63,969 nt of DNA from Negaprion brevirostris (taxonomy: Eukaryota), in NCBI GenBank assembly GCA_030324005.1, contig JARDVH010000132.1, forward strand, positions 112,716,150 to 112,780,118. Reading direction: 5' to 3'. Positions 51,187 through 63,969 of this stretch are shown here, piece by piece. The notes beneath the pieces are model-generated. The model ran no database searches. It was not told the origin of the DNA and worked only from the letters and a program-made list of their open reading frames with translations. The position numbers and the translations under genes are program-made. The first letter of the stretch is position 1, and each line of letters begins with the position of its first letter.

Positions 51187-51775
51187 ACCACCTTTCATTG
51201 GTAGGCTTGCCAGGGATACAAGTCGCTCTTGACTACACACAGGAGTGCTTCATCCATCAAGTCACAATGGGATTGATCTTGACTGTGGGTAATAATGTAA
51301 CTTGAATGAGAGTGAGTGGGTACAATGTTTTACATCTCTCCTGATTTTTATTTCCAGTGAAGTAAGGATAGGGGCTGCCAATTCACGATCACACATTTTA
51401 AACTATCGCACAAAGTCAAGACTTACCGCAATGCCTTTACATATCTAATTCATTTCATGACTCTCTATCAGATATTTAATGCCAAATGTATAATGATACA
51501 TATGTCTCTTATCCTGTCTTTTTGATATCCTGGGGATGTGTTTGCAAGATCTTGGCAGGTAGAGGATACATTTCAGCATATTCTTGCAAATACCATCTCA
51601 AGTCAATGTAAACCCTACATGTTTTTAGGCTTTGGGGAGTTAGTAAGACACCAGGTGCCTCATTCACAATGAACACAATTTCAGCATCGCAGCATCTACC
51701 TTTTTGAAATTGGTTGCAGCAATCAGTTCTCTTTTGTCCCCCCACTTTCAATCGTGTTATGAATATTAATATTAA

Positions 51776-52085
51776 GACTATTAATCCAGAGACACAGCCA
51801 ATGTTCTGGGGACCAGGATTCGAATCCCACCGCAACAGATGGTGGAATTTGAATTCAATAAAAAAAATCTGGAATTAAGAATCTACTGATGACCATGAAT
51901 CCACTGCTGAAAAACACGTCTCATTCACTCACGTCCTTTAGGGAAGGAAATCTGCCGTCCTTACCTGGTCTGGCCTACATATGGCTCCAGCAATGTGATT
52001 CCCAACTGCCCTCCTAGGGCAATTAGGAACCGGGCAATAAATGTTAGCCAGCCAGCGACACCCATGTCCCACAAATGAATAAAGA
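51776..52085 (+). mobile_element. tRNA SINE (GGGAGGCGATGG-head family), 5' truncated
   Basis: gactattaatccagagac...ggattcgaatcccacc...agggaaggaaatctgccgtccttacctggtctggcc...cccacaaatgaataaa. Confidence 0.85.
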
Positions 52086-52732
52086 AATATTTACCACCCA
52101 GCCTGCCACAGAAATCGGGGCGGACCATGGAAAGGTCCATTGACCTCAGGGGGATTTGGGGACAAGTGAGGCAATGGAATCCCACCCTTAAGTATGGCAG
52201 TCAGATTAGTTCAAATAATGAATTCTTATAATAAAAGAACGGGGAAGTGCAATCAATGGTTTCTTCAGACAGTTGGCACCTGAATAATGGGTCGAATAAC
52301 CACAGGTTAAAAATTTGTTTTCCTGTTTTTGTCCGCAAGGAGCCGCAAATGCCCACTCCAAACCTGTTGGGGGTGAGAAGCCCAGAAACTCAGAGCTCCC
52401 ACCTCATTTACCTGGGAATTGTGTAGGTCCAAGTTGGTTCCATTTTGCCAATGTCCTCTCTCGACTGTCAGCTGCCTCTGCCTTTGGCTGGGGACGAACA
52501 GCATCCTTCGGAGATCACACAATACAGCTTAGTGCTCTTCTTAAAGGCAGGCTCTCACCCTTAAAGGGCAGCCACACTTAGTAAGTTTACTGGAATTGAA
52601 AAGATGGGGGATGGAACACTAAGAAAGAATGGGTTCCAGAGTGACAGAGGCTGGAGGAATAAGAGAGGCCAGCTATAGTCCACAAAAAGCAGGACAAATC
52701 CAACCCAGCTGATTACTATCCCTTCATCAACA

Positions 52733-52998
52733 AAGTTTAGTTTATTTATTTATTATCACAAGTAGGCTTACATTACACCACTGCAATAAAGTTACTGTGA
52801 AAATTCCTTAATCGCCACACTTGGGGCCTGTTCAGGTACACCGAGGGAGAATTTAGCCTGGCCAATACACTTAACTAGCACTTCTTGTGGACTGTGAGAG
52901 GAAACCCACACAGAAACGGGGAGAATGTGCAGACTTTGCACAAACAGTGGCTCTGGCGCTGTGGGGTAGCAGTGCTAACCACTGTGCCACCATGCCAC
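52733..52998 (-). mobile_element. HE1-head SINE, Rex1-like tail
   Basis: tttatttatttattatcacaagtaggcttacatt...gcagtgctaaccactgtgccacc. Confidence 0.85.
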
Positions 52999-53009
52999 CC
53001 CACTTGTGA

Positions 53010-53985
53010 GGACTTGTGGGAGGAGAGGCACAGGCACAGGGGGTGCAGGGCCAGCATGGAGAGCAAAGTGGATGGGACCACAGAAGATATCACTATCTTG
53101 CTCCCAGAGTGTACAGGCAGTGAGTCAGCTCCCTTGATATGTCCGAGGTCCAGTGCTGCGGGAAGTTCCATCTCTTTAGGGACACCGTGACATCATTGTA
53201 TTCCATGATTGGACTGGAGATCACCTCCACGGTGTTGGTGGACACCTAATGTCACAGTAGCCTTCAATTCTTACGCATCCAGCTCATTCCTGGGGTCAGT
53301 GGGGATAGTGTGGAGTTTCCCAATCAGTTCTCCATAGCTGTGTCAAGCTAACATTCTGTTCAGATGGGTTTGCACATTCATACATTAATGGACAGACCAA
53401 GCCAGCCAGGCTGAGTGAACCAGAGGCTTCACAGCTATTACTGGGTTCCCCACACCTAGGGTGCCATTGACTGCACTCATGTGCCATCAATGTGCCAGTG
53501 GGTCAGCCGGGCGTCTTTGTGAATAGGAAAGGTTAACATTCCATGAACATCCAGATCATATATGACCACAGCACCCNNNNNNNNNNNNNNNNNNNNNNNN
53601 NNNNNNNNNNNNNNNNNNNNNNNNNNNNNNNNNNNNNNNNNNNATGCCAAGGCTGTTCATGGTTCCAGCCCGGCTGGATGGTTAGTTACTGGGTGACAAA
53701 GGGCATCCGTTGAAAAGGGTGGCTTGGGATGCCACTCTAGCACCCGAGAGAGGCACAATCGGTGCCAAGCCTCAACAAGTGTGGTAGTTGAGAAGACAAT
53801 AGGATTATTGAAGATGAGGTTCTGCCACCCGGACCATTCTGGAGGGGTCTCTACAATATCCTCCAGAATGCGAATCACTCATCATGGTGGCGTGCTGCGC
53901 TCTACACAATCTGGCACTGGCAAGGGGGCCTCACTTGAAGGAAAGTAGGGAGGTCTTGATTCAACGCACCTTCAGGTAGTTTCCA
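53010..53985 (+). pseudogene. PIF/Harbinger (DDE_Tnp_4, HARBI1-like) transposase pseudogene
   Basis: Across frameshifts: RVYRQ..DMSEVQC, VTVAFNSYASSSF, GVSQS, GAIDCTHV, FVNRKG*HSMNIQ, LLGDKGHPL, VEKTIGLLKMRF, VACCALHNLA. Confidence 0.9.
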
Positions 53986-54256
53986 GGCATGCTTTCCATC
54001 TCTGTCCGACAGTAATGTTCGTATACACATTTCTGAGAAGGCCCCAGTGTTGTATCACAACCTCTGTAATAAAGTCTATTGCCCCTCCTGTCTGCCTATC
54101 ATAAGGACTGATGAGGCCTGCACCTATGGAAAACATGAGAAACGCTCAGATCATTGCAATAAAAGTTTGCGTCATATCTTTATCAGAGTTGCAAACAAAG
54201 AACAGAACATAAAATAGTTGCCAAAGTCTAACAGAAACACTATATAACACTACTGA

Positions 54257-54552
54257 AATCATAGAATCCCTACAGTACAGAAGGAGGCCACTCAGCCCAT
54301 GAGTCTACACTGACAATAATCCCACCCAGGCTCTATCCCCATAACCCCACATATTTACCCTACTAGTCCCCTGATGCTAATGGCCAATCAACCTAACCCA
54401 CACATCTTTGGACTGTGGGAGGAAACCGGAACACCCGGAGGTAATCCAGGCAGACACGGGGAGAATGTGCAGATTCCACACACTCCCAATGACCCAAGCC
54501 TGGAATTGAACCCAGGTCCCTGTGAGGCAGCAGTGCTAACCACTGTACCACC
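54257..54552 (-). mobile_element. HE1-type SINE inserted in the Harbinger element
   Basis: aatcatagaatccctacag...ggcagcagtgctaaccactgt; Harbinger homology resumes at ~54555. Confidence 0.85.
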
Positions 54553-55925
54553 ACTATGAACTCTTGTTGCCTCATCTTGTGCTCACAATTACGTAAAATT
54601 ATGCTTGCGAATGTTGCGTCTTGGTGCCCCCCCTACTTCCGCAGCCCCCCCCCATCCCCTCACCTCCCTCATAAGCAGCGGCATTGGCGGCAGACTGCTG
54701 TCTCTGCCATCTTGTCGGCCCTGGTTAGCTAAGTGATTATCCTCTGGCTGGCAGGGCCTGAGCAGGCTGTGTCTGTGAGCCTGTGGCCATTGACAGAGTT
54801 GGGAACTCCTCAGTTGTGGTGGCCTCACAAGGTGCCACAGTCACTGACAGTGGTGCAAGAACTGTCACTCTTATCCAGACTGTAGTGAGAGGAGTACACA
54901 GAGGTGACAGGCAGTATGTCCACCAGCGTGAGGCACATCTGCACCTCCCTGTTCACCAATGATGGACGGACACCTAGCAGAGAGATAATGAGTGTGATCT
55001 TACCACTCGTTCATGCCATGTTCCCGCTGCAGTGAAGTTGGAGAAATTGGCGGTCGACCAAACCTGTTCATTCCAGTGGGATGGGAAAATCACAATGGTG
55101 TGAACAGTTATAAGATTCCGGCCAATGTATCTGATCCATTCCTCACACTGATGCTTTTGCTAGGGCTCCTTGATGCCACATTCCGTCACATAATGATTTG
55201 ACTTAAGGGCAGTCACTTTTACCTCACCTCTTGAGTTCAGCTGTTTTGTTCACATTTACCAAGGCTGTAATAAGGTCAGGAGTCGCGTGACCCTGGAGGA
55301 ACCAAAGCTGAGCAGTCTTGAGCAGGTTATTGCTGTGTAAGTAGCACTTGTTTGCACTTTTGACAATATCTCCCATCACTAATTGTCAGCGGGTGTGGAA
55401 CTGATTCCCATGTATGCCCACCAACTGTAATACCACGCGTGTGCGCAATGATTGCACCCTCAATATCATCACACACTATTGAACATTCCTCTAGGTTGGA
55501 TGCAAGCTGAAAATTAAATGTTAGGCAGTGGTTTTTACCTCCCTTTAATTTTGACGAAGAGTCAAATTTGACATCTTAAATCTGATTTCCTTTACAGATG
55601 CTGCCAAGTTTTTCTGGAACATTCTGTTTTGATTTTGTATTCCATTACTGTATTAGGTGGGAATAATCAAACTTCATTTTCTTTGAGTGACTAGGCGTTT
55701 ATTGTATGAATCTCTCTTTGAGAGGCAGATACAGTACAATAGTTAATCTCGTGAGCTTTGATAATGCTACTAACTCAAAACAATATATCACTTTGTTCTT
55801 GATATAGATCAAAGTATATTTAAAAGAAGTGATGCATCTACAATACTGACCATAGACTGGGGAGATTGAGGCAGCATAATTAGCTGTTGAACATCTCATT
55901 CTTAGTGCAATGGCTCCCAACCATG

Positions 55926-56250
55926 GAGCTGCACTGTGGCACAGTGATTAGCACTGCTGCCTCACTGCGCCAGGGACCCAGGTTCAATTCCAGCCTTGGG
56001 TGATTGCTTGTATGAAGCTTGCACATTCTCCTCGTGTCTGCGTGGGTTTCCTCTGGGTGCTCCAGTTTCCTCCCACAGTGCAAAGATGTACAGATTTGAT
56101 TGATTGGCCATGCTAAATACCCCATAGTGTCAGGAGAATAGCAGGGTAAATATATGGGATTAAGGGGATAGGGTCTGGATGGGATTATGATCGGTGCAGA
56201 CTTGATGGGCCAAATGGCCTCCTTCTGCACAGTAGGGATTCTATGATTCT
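55926..56250 (+). mobile_element. HE1-type SINE, CR1 tail
   Basis: Full head, V-domain and gtagggattctatgattct tail. Confidence 0.9.
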
Positions 56251-59200
56251 AACCAATGTGCAGTGGCACACTGGTGCGCCATGAAGACTCCCCAAGTGTG
56301 CCATGAGAAAAGATTCAAAATGATTGAAAACTCATGTAATTAAACTAAAACTAACCTTCATCTTCAGCTCTGTTGTTGCAATCTCCAAGACCTGAATATT
56401 CTTGGGCATCCTGCGTATGTGATGGCCAGATAGAACCACACATGCATAGTTTAGATTTCTTACATTGGTCAGGTCCATGCCTGCACATGGAACCTTTATC
56501 TTGGGACTTGGCATTGAAAACAAATGTCCCATGCACCAAAAGTGAAAACTCAAATAGGTAGAAGTGAGAGAGACAGGGAGAGGTTAAAAACACAGGCGAG
56601 AGGACAAGAGAAAGTTAAAAATGAAGTTCCCAGTAANNNNNNNCAGAGAAAATAGAAGGAGTGCCTGAATTGTTTTGGAGTGTAGAGGTGGGCCAAAACA
56701 TAGAAATGCTTGGGAACCAATGGTCTAGTGGAAGCAGTATGGAGCCAAGAATAGAGGTACATCTGAATTGGATGTGAAGTAGGCCATTCAGCCCTTCAAA
56801 ACTGTTGCACAATTCAGTTCAATCATGCCTGATCTGTATTTTATTTCCACCACGGGCCTGTGTTCTATTATCCTTCATACTCTTGCCTAACCATAGAACA
56901 GAATGCTGACAGTACAATAGGAGGCAGCATAATGACCTGTTGAATATCTCATAAACAGTAGTCAAGGGCAATCGTTCCCAACCTTTGTTCCGCCGCACAC
57001 TGGTGTGCTCTGAAGATTCCCTATGTGTGTCACAAGAAAAGATTCAAATTCATTTGGTCCACTGAGCCTGCATCGATCACAATCCCATCCTATCTCCATA
57101 ACCCTGCATATTTAGCCCACTAATTCCCCAGACACAAAGGGCCAATTTAGCATGGCCAATCAACCTAACCTGCACATCTCGGCTTTGAAATTTATAATTG
57201 ACCAAGCGACAAGAGTTTTCTGAATTTAGAGGGAAGAAGTTAGAAGGAAATTCACCCTACATGTCTAGAAGGCATGTCATCACTGAGTGCAAAATGGGTA
57301 AGTCTCCCACTGCCTCATAGTTTTACACTGTGACTTGATAAACACTGAATATAACCAGAAAAATATAGCATGAGTTCAGGTATGGAGTTCAGGTTGGATA
57401 CTATGGCAACACACGCACACAAATTAAAGGGATACTGTTTTCGTGAAACATTTCTGACCAGCTTGCTTTGTTTGCTTATAAACTGATGATTATAATAAAG
57501 CAAAATGTATCAGAACAAAACATCGCACGAGTTGCATTTGGGGTCAAAATGATGTATGATTCTTGTGACTTTTCACCTTCTCCAAAAAGAAAATGTTTGC
57601 TAAAGCAGTTGTTCAGAAGAAAACATTTCTTTAAAGCTGAAGTACCATATTAGGGATTTTGCTTTCACTGTTCTGGGTTCAAATGGGAATCTAAAAATAA
57701 AATGCAAACTAACAACATTAGTTTAAGCATCTTCTCAGAAAAGAATCCAGTCCAGTCATTTTACAAGTGGATGTTTTAGATATTGCTTCTCGAACTCATC
57801 CTGTATCTCTCACTGGGAGTCATAAGAACAGGGGTGTGAAATGACTTGGCATTACCAGGTACACTAATTTATCATCACTGAGGTTACACTGCTAATAGCC
57901 GGCCTAAATAGGGTTTCAGCATTATATAGAGTTTTGAGTGGGGGCTTGGGGGTCGGGGATGGTTCCAGGGCTCTCAGAACTCCTAGAAACAGAACAGGGA
58001 AATTCTAGGACCTCAGGGGCCTGCAAGGGTCTGGGATCACTTGGACAAACTTCTGAGGAGTAACGAACGACATTAGGGAATAAGATCTTAAATTCTCAGA
58101 GACAATTGTGCGATTAGGGAACACGAGAAATGTGATCTAGGATTTTTGAGCACCGAGGAGAAGTTGTGGATCCAGGAATGGGAAGGGAGGGAAATTGTCA
58201 ATGACAATAGGAATGGGAAGGGTTCAGGGCAATGACATTTGCTATAACTTAGTGGGAAGTGAGGAGCAAGATTTAATAGTGAAATCTGGAGGAATGAGAC
58301 CCAACTTGTTAAAAACTATCAGACTGCCATCCGCCACATATTTGAACAAGTCAGTAAGCCCCATCATCAGTTTTACAATTTTCAGTCAATTTTTGTCGGC
58401 ATATTCTTGCCTTCAAATGTTTTGTTGAAGTGAACAGACAGCAAATCATGGGCTGAGGTACAGTATTTCCAGATATGTATTCAAATTGTGTGCCAGGAGC
58501 ACAGTATAAGCAAATTTGCCAACTTGTACTGATTGCCATCAACAAACAAAAATTACCCCATTGTTTCCAAATTCTTTTAGGTAAAAATCTTACAAATGAT
58601 TGACATGATTTTTTTTCCATTAAAAACATTCAATCAAGATTGGTTAATGATTGAGAAAAACTATTTGCTATAAATCTTTGTTCCTTATCTTACAACAGCA
58701 AATATTTCTCAAAATAAAATCTTGGCGACAAATTGGTTTGGGACATCTTGAGGTGCAATATAAATGCAGGTTCCAAACCATCAGCAAGAACACACAACTG
58801 CTATTATTCTGACACTTTCTTTCTGTAATAGAAAAGCACAATTGTCGTCTATTTAAATAAACTCATCATTTACCTAAAATAAAAACTCAATCTGTGACAT
58901 TTTCAAAGTCTTTTGGAGGAAAGCAAAAACAAATAGTGAGAAGAATTTTCCCATCCCACCCACCACAGGAATCATAGCGGATGGGACAGGACTACACAAA
59001 GGTACATTGACCTTGTATGGGATTTTCCAGTCCTGGGGCGAGCGCTGCCAGAAAATCCCACCTAGAATGAGGGGACTTCTTCCTTTCCATGTCAACAGTG
59101 GCAATGTACACATTGTGGGGCCCCGCACTCACCTTCAAATCTGCCCCCCTCCCCATGACTTCATGCCCATCTTCCTAATGATGTCATGCCCCTCCCGACC

Positions 59201-59483
59201 CTGCCCATCCCGACCCCACAGAACGTAAAGGTGCAAGCCACAAAAATACACAAGTTGATCACTGCTTAACTACTTTNNNNNNNNNNNNNNNNNNNNNNNN
59301 NNNNNNNNNNNNNNNNNNNNNNNNNNNNNNNNNNNNNNNNNNNNNNNNNNNNNNNNNNNNNNNNNNNNNNNNNNNNACTACTTTACTGCTTTTTAACTTG
59401 TGAAAACATGCCTGTCATTGCTGAACTGAATTCCAAGCTTACCATATGTCGGAATGATGGTAAAGATGGTCATTGTTGTGATC

Positions 59484-60235
59484 TGTTATTGTTCAGATCA
59501 GAAACCCCAAAGCATTTTATGGAGCCTGCCTAGATCATAAAAAAAATGAGATGTTTCATTTCAGGTATGATTCAGATGACCTACTTGCAAGCTTTTGCCA
59601 AACAAGGTTTATTTAAGAATATAGTTAGCATGTATAGTAAGAATTACTATATTACATGTATTATAAACAAGAAACAGAACAATCACGATAATGTATAACC
59701 TTTAACAAATATATCCAATATGTTCCAATCAAACCCAAAACCTTCCATAGACAAAACCCTTTAAACATGTTCAACACAGCAAAGACTCATGCTCACATGA
59801 TACAGGAAATGGAGTCCTTTAGTTGAAATCTGAAGTTCTCTGGATTCACTCAGAACAGTTTGAAGTCAAAACAGCTTATTAGAATCCTAAGGAAAGACTC
59901 TCTGATCACACCACCAACTGCAGAATCTTTACTGCAGGAAGGCAAGACCTTGCTTTTCATGTAACCAGCAGAATTTCCAAAATAAACGAAAAAACTTCTG
60001 CCACCTGACCTGCCAACCAGATCGTTTTTCCTTCTAACAATGCAGTGTTATAAAAAATTCCAAAATAAAAACAACTCCCATCCAAACCACTTAAGGAGCA
60101 ATAAAAAAGACATCTACTAGCCAACCCGACAGCACGGAGATCAGCTCGGGTGTGAGCTAAGAAAACACTGAAGCTTTGAGAGCTACAGAAATCATGATTT
60201 AAAAAAAACTTTCTTAAAGGTGCACTACCATCACA
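59484..60235. mobile_element. Gypsy-type solo LTR with 4-bp TSD
   Basis: gatc|TGTTAT...ATCACA|gatc; related to 62687-63397. Confidence 0.75.
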
Positions 60236-61872
60236 GATCTGTTTCTTGAAGTGAGCAAACGTGGAAATTATTGATGAACAACAAGATGGAACAATCAGCC
60301 AACAACATCTCTGCAGCATAGGCCAAAGCAGGACAAAATGAGTCAGTCCCGTGTAGGGGAAAATACTCCAATTAACAAGAGACACAGGCTGCCATTCAAT
60401 ATGTTTCAGGGTCTTTTCCGTTTCAAAAGTTAACTTTCGTACTTCCTCTCAAAAATTCAAAGAAGTTATTGCCATAAATTCATATGAGTGAAATGTCCAG
60501 TTAGCCCAAGTCCAATGTCAGTGGATTTGTCTGGCAGGATTCCATTCTTTGTCCTGAAGAGACTTTCTGAAGGTCAATTTTGAGAGTGATGGTGTTTAGA
60601 ACTATCTGCATGACCAGCAGCCATTATATCAGACCAGCGATGGTCCATTTTGAAAAACAGAACATAAATAAGAGAATATGGAAGACAGACAGATTTAAAA
60701 GATTTTCTTGCTTCATTCCTCTCAATTTAGATAGTTTTTATTTTGTTCATTTCTTCACAAAATCATCAATGATATCAACATAGGTAAAATCTTATAAAGG
60801 TGCACTTTCAGTTATCAATTTTACTGAACTTGTCAAATGTTCCTGAGTCATCATATTTTACAAATAATTTTTCACTCTTTTGAATGCAGAAGAAGAACAT
60901 TCACTGGAAGAATTTGTGGCAGGTATTGTTAAAAGCATTTTCAGAATGGTGTCCACAGTTGGAAAGGTTGTCTGCAAACCATCACATACAAGTCTGTATA
61001 AATCAGCTGGTGATCTTGAGGCACAGAGTTCATCATTATCAATAAAATGAATGAATTGTTTCACTACGTCTTCAAAAAGATGCGTGTCTATGTTCTCCCG
61101 GTAGAATTCACTGAGGGCAGGATTTACCTCCCCCTCAGTAGCATGTCTGGCAGAGGAGGGAGGTGGCATGATGCTCTCTGGCAGTGGGATCTTATGGTCT
61201 TGCCATTGTCAATGGGGTTTCCCATTAAAAACACCCCTCACTGCCAGGAAACCCATAGCAGGAGTGCACCATTGGCAACAGCGCAAGGTCCTGCCAGCAT
61301 AAATGGTAGCAAGATTTTGGTGTTAATTTCTTACTGCTGTGGCTTTTAGCATTCTCATCCTAACTTCTGTTGAAAAGCGTGCAAATTTATAGTTTTCTTC
61401 AGAGATTCACTTCTACTCTGCAATTGCATCATTATTGGTTTACAAATAACATTGACAGTCTCAATGATAATCTTCCCTTTCCATTTTAAAATTATGTTAT
61501 TGTCTCTAGTTTAATCAAAAAATAACTTCATGCTTCCTGTTGGCTTCTCATCATCAGAGGGACCTTCCTGTTTTGCTGGTGTTAGTGCCTCTGCTTCCAT
61601 TGCACTTTCGTCATTTTGAAATTCCATGACAAAACCTTTTAACTAAGGCTAACAATTGTGCAGGATTCCATAAAGTTGTGTCAATATTTTGTAGTGATTT
61701 GCTGACAGCATTAATTCTTTGAAGTAAATAGTTCCACAAAACCGTAAAAACAACAATATCATACTTTTCAAAGTTCTCTGCTAAGGATTTTGCTGCAGCT
61801 TATACACGTTGGGTTTTTCTGAATTTGATGTGGCTGTGTTTGATACAGTTTCATTTATGTCAACGAAGGTCT

Positions 61873-61919
61873 TTGTACGGTTATGCAGATGCTAAAACGG
61901 CATCTGCATAACCGTACAA
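61873..61919. repeat. Perfect 20-bp inverted repeat with a 7-nt loop
   Basis: ttgtacggttatgcagatgc [taaaacg] gcatctgcataaccgtacaa. Confidence 0.95.
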
Positions 61920-62686
61920 CCTGATGTCCAAATTCTTTTGACTGTCAAACGTATTCCCTGTACCTACTCCAAGAGTGATTGTAATATATTCCACCAATGC
62001 AAGGAAACTTAGTCAAAGGCATACATGTTTTGAAAAAAATGTATGGCTGCCTCACAGGATTCAGCTGCTGTGTTACAGATTAAATTCAAAGAGTTACTGA
62101 ACATGGGATAAATAATGCACAGAGGTTTGCATTTATCGGTCTGGCTTGTAGACCTGAATATTTTCCTGCCATACTTGTCACATTATTGAAACTCTTTCCT
62201 TGTTAAAATTTTAATGTTCCCAAACAGCTGTCTGTAGACATTCAGAAATGTGGGATTATAGTTGGAGAAAACAGAGAATTCGCTCTACAACTTTACCACT
62301 ACAGGTAGTTCACCGGTACTATTCAGATATCTTAAAATTAATGTTAATTGATCCTCATGACTCAATCTGGTGTTGAATCAACTATTATGGAACAGTATTT
62401 GGTATCTTTTACGTCATTAGTGATTTGGTTTCTGAGCCACACAGCCAATATAGTGATGAAGTTGTAAGTTCTGTGTATAAAAATATTGGTCTTCCCTGCA
62501 CCACAAATTGATAACTTTTTAAATGCTCTTTGAAAAGCTCATCAAATTCACTGATATATTCAATACACACTAGAAGTGTACCTCTTTGAGTTCACAACTA
62601 TAACTCCTCATCTCCTCTTAATGGAAGTCTCAAAGAAGACAACAGTTTGACTTTGGCAACAACACACCCCAGCAGTTTATTCCAAC

Positions 62687-63397
62687 TGTTACATGTCAGG
62701 TTGGATATTGCGAAGTGTTCAATGAAGCTTGCCTGACTTCTAACATTTTACTTGAATTTAGCTAGGATGAGCATGAGAGGTTTCACTTCAGGTGTGATTC
62801 AAGTGATCCATGAGGAGCTTTTATCAAAAGCAATGTTTAATTAAGAATATTGTTGACATGTATAGTAAGACACTTAGCAAAAACTTTTAATGATTACAAA
62901 CAAGAAATACCAACAACCACGATAATGCATAACACTTAACAAAATATCCCTAATGTGTTCCAACCAAAGCCAACATCCAATACACAAACCCTCCAAGTAA
63001 ACACAATACAGCATAGGTTAATGCCCACTTGTTACAGGAACCCCACACTGGGTTGAATGCAGAAAATCTCTTGTGAAGAAACTCAGAAGAGGTTGTAGTC
63101 AGATCTGTTTCCCAAAATACAGCTTCTTTAAGGCAGAACCAAACAAAATAAAAACAGGGAGAGAGAGAGACTGCTTCATAGCTTGCTACTAAACTGCTTC
63201 CAAAAAACGCCCCAGAACAAAACTGAAAGTCCAAAGCAAAAAAAAACCCTATCACCTAGCTCCCACAAATGAAACTAAAAGTCCAATTACCTGACTGCCA
63301 CAACTTAGCTCCACTCCCCCAGAGTGACATCGCTGAAGCTGTAAGTTACATGATTTTTTTAAAAAAGTCTTTCTTAAAAGTACACTCATATGAAACA
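62687..63397. mobile_element. Solo LTR inserted in the hAT transposase
   Basis: TGTTACA...TGAAACA ends with caac on both sides. Removing it restores the hAT frame (EKECSCWNKLL). Confidence 0.75.
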
Positions 63398-63969
63398 ACA
63401 AGAACACTCCTTTTCAAACTGAGCTGATATTGCAGAGACAATTCTTCCAGTAAAGTTACATCTTTGAATGAGTTCACACTTAGCTTTAATATAACCATGA
63501 TCAGCAAAATCTCTTCCAACATTTCTCCAGTTAGATTACCCATCGACTGCTTGTTTCCCTTTACTGAGATCAAGGAATAATCTACAAACATGACAGTAAA
63601 CTGCCTTAGGAGTTTCTAAAAAAAAAATTCCTGTGTTTTCACTGCCCCATTTCTCTTCATTCTCAGAAAATTGGACTGATGAAGACTTGTAACCTGCTTT
63701 CGATCTCCAACCAAACACTTTTCTCAGATTTTCTATATTACCTATGTTTTCTGGTTTATTTATTATGGAATATTCTATCATACCCAATGGAATAGATTTT
63801 GGCCATGAGGCAATGTCTTCAGGGTAATTTTCTTCCCTCACTTCAACAGAAGATATACCTTGTAGTTCCATTGCCATTTCAGAATCCACTTCTAGTTCAA
63901 CCTTTTCAGGCAATGTGGTTTCTCCGGAATTCGGAAGTCTAAGTCATCAGGTAATTCATCCATAGTTCT

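Larger units (their letters stand above)
60740..63930 (-). pseudogene. hAT (ZMYM1-like) transposase pseudogene
   Basis: Motifs in order on the minus strand: KAVYCHVCRLF (TTF-type zinc finger), SNWRN, LPLRGDEE, KYCSIIVDSTPDLSHEDQLTLILRYL, MAGKYSGLQAR, SLNLICNTAAESC, and the dimerisation domain FPTVDTILKMLLTIPATNSSSECSSSAFKRVKNYL. Many stops and frameshifts; interrupted by a MITE (61115-61322) and an LTR. Confidence 0.9.

Noticed and set aside
54105-54145. CTGATGAG...GAAA in the Harbinger spacer (also antisense near 21975-22000) as a hammerhead
   Set aside because: No convincing stem II pairing between the core motifs in either copy.
59484-63397. Two related LTRs bracketing most of a hAT transposase, suggesting an LTR element that captured a transposase
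   Set aside because: Each LTR has its own flanking duplication (gatc; caac), their middles differ, and the hAT frame continues beyond the second LTR. They are independent solo LTRs.

Overview
Vertebrate (shark/elasmobranch) nuclear DNA from a gapped draft assembly. The taxon is inferred from abundant HE1/V-SINE-type tRNA SINEs, CR1 LINEs and Deu-domain SINEs. Most of the window is decayed transposable elements: CR1, L2, Rex1/Babar-like and RTE LINE fragments, at least four SINE types, Penelope-derived ends with hammerhead-core remnants, Gypsy-type solo LTRs, two fossil PIF/Harbinger elements with many MITEs, and a near full-length fossil hAT (ZMYM1-like) transposase at the right end. The only host coding sequence I recognise is two intact, correctly spliced + strand exons of complement C5 (25465-25555 and 26738-26846, equivalent to human exons 7 and 8). 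I could not find the neighbouring C5 exons in the 25 kb upstream or 37 kb downstream. Almost all ORFs in the supplied track are TE debris or N-gap artefacts. I found no convincing new biological system. The best leads are the orphan C5 exon pair, two perfect fold-back hairpins inside decayed TEs (one duplicating a Penelope hammerhead core), and a SINE head shared between two different LINE-derived tails. TE family names come from recalled motifs, not database searches, and TE boundaries are approximate.
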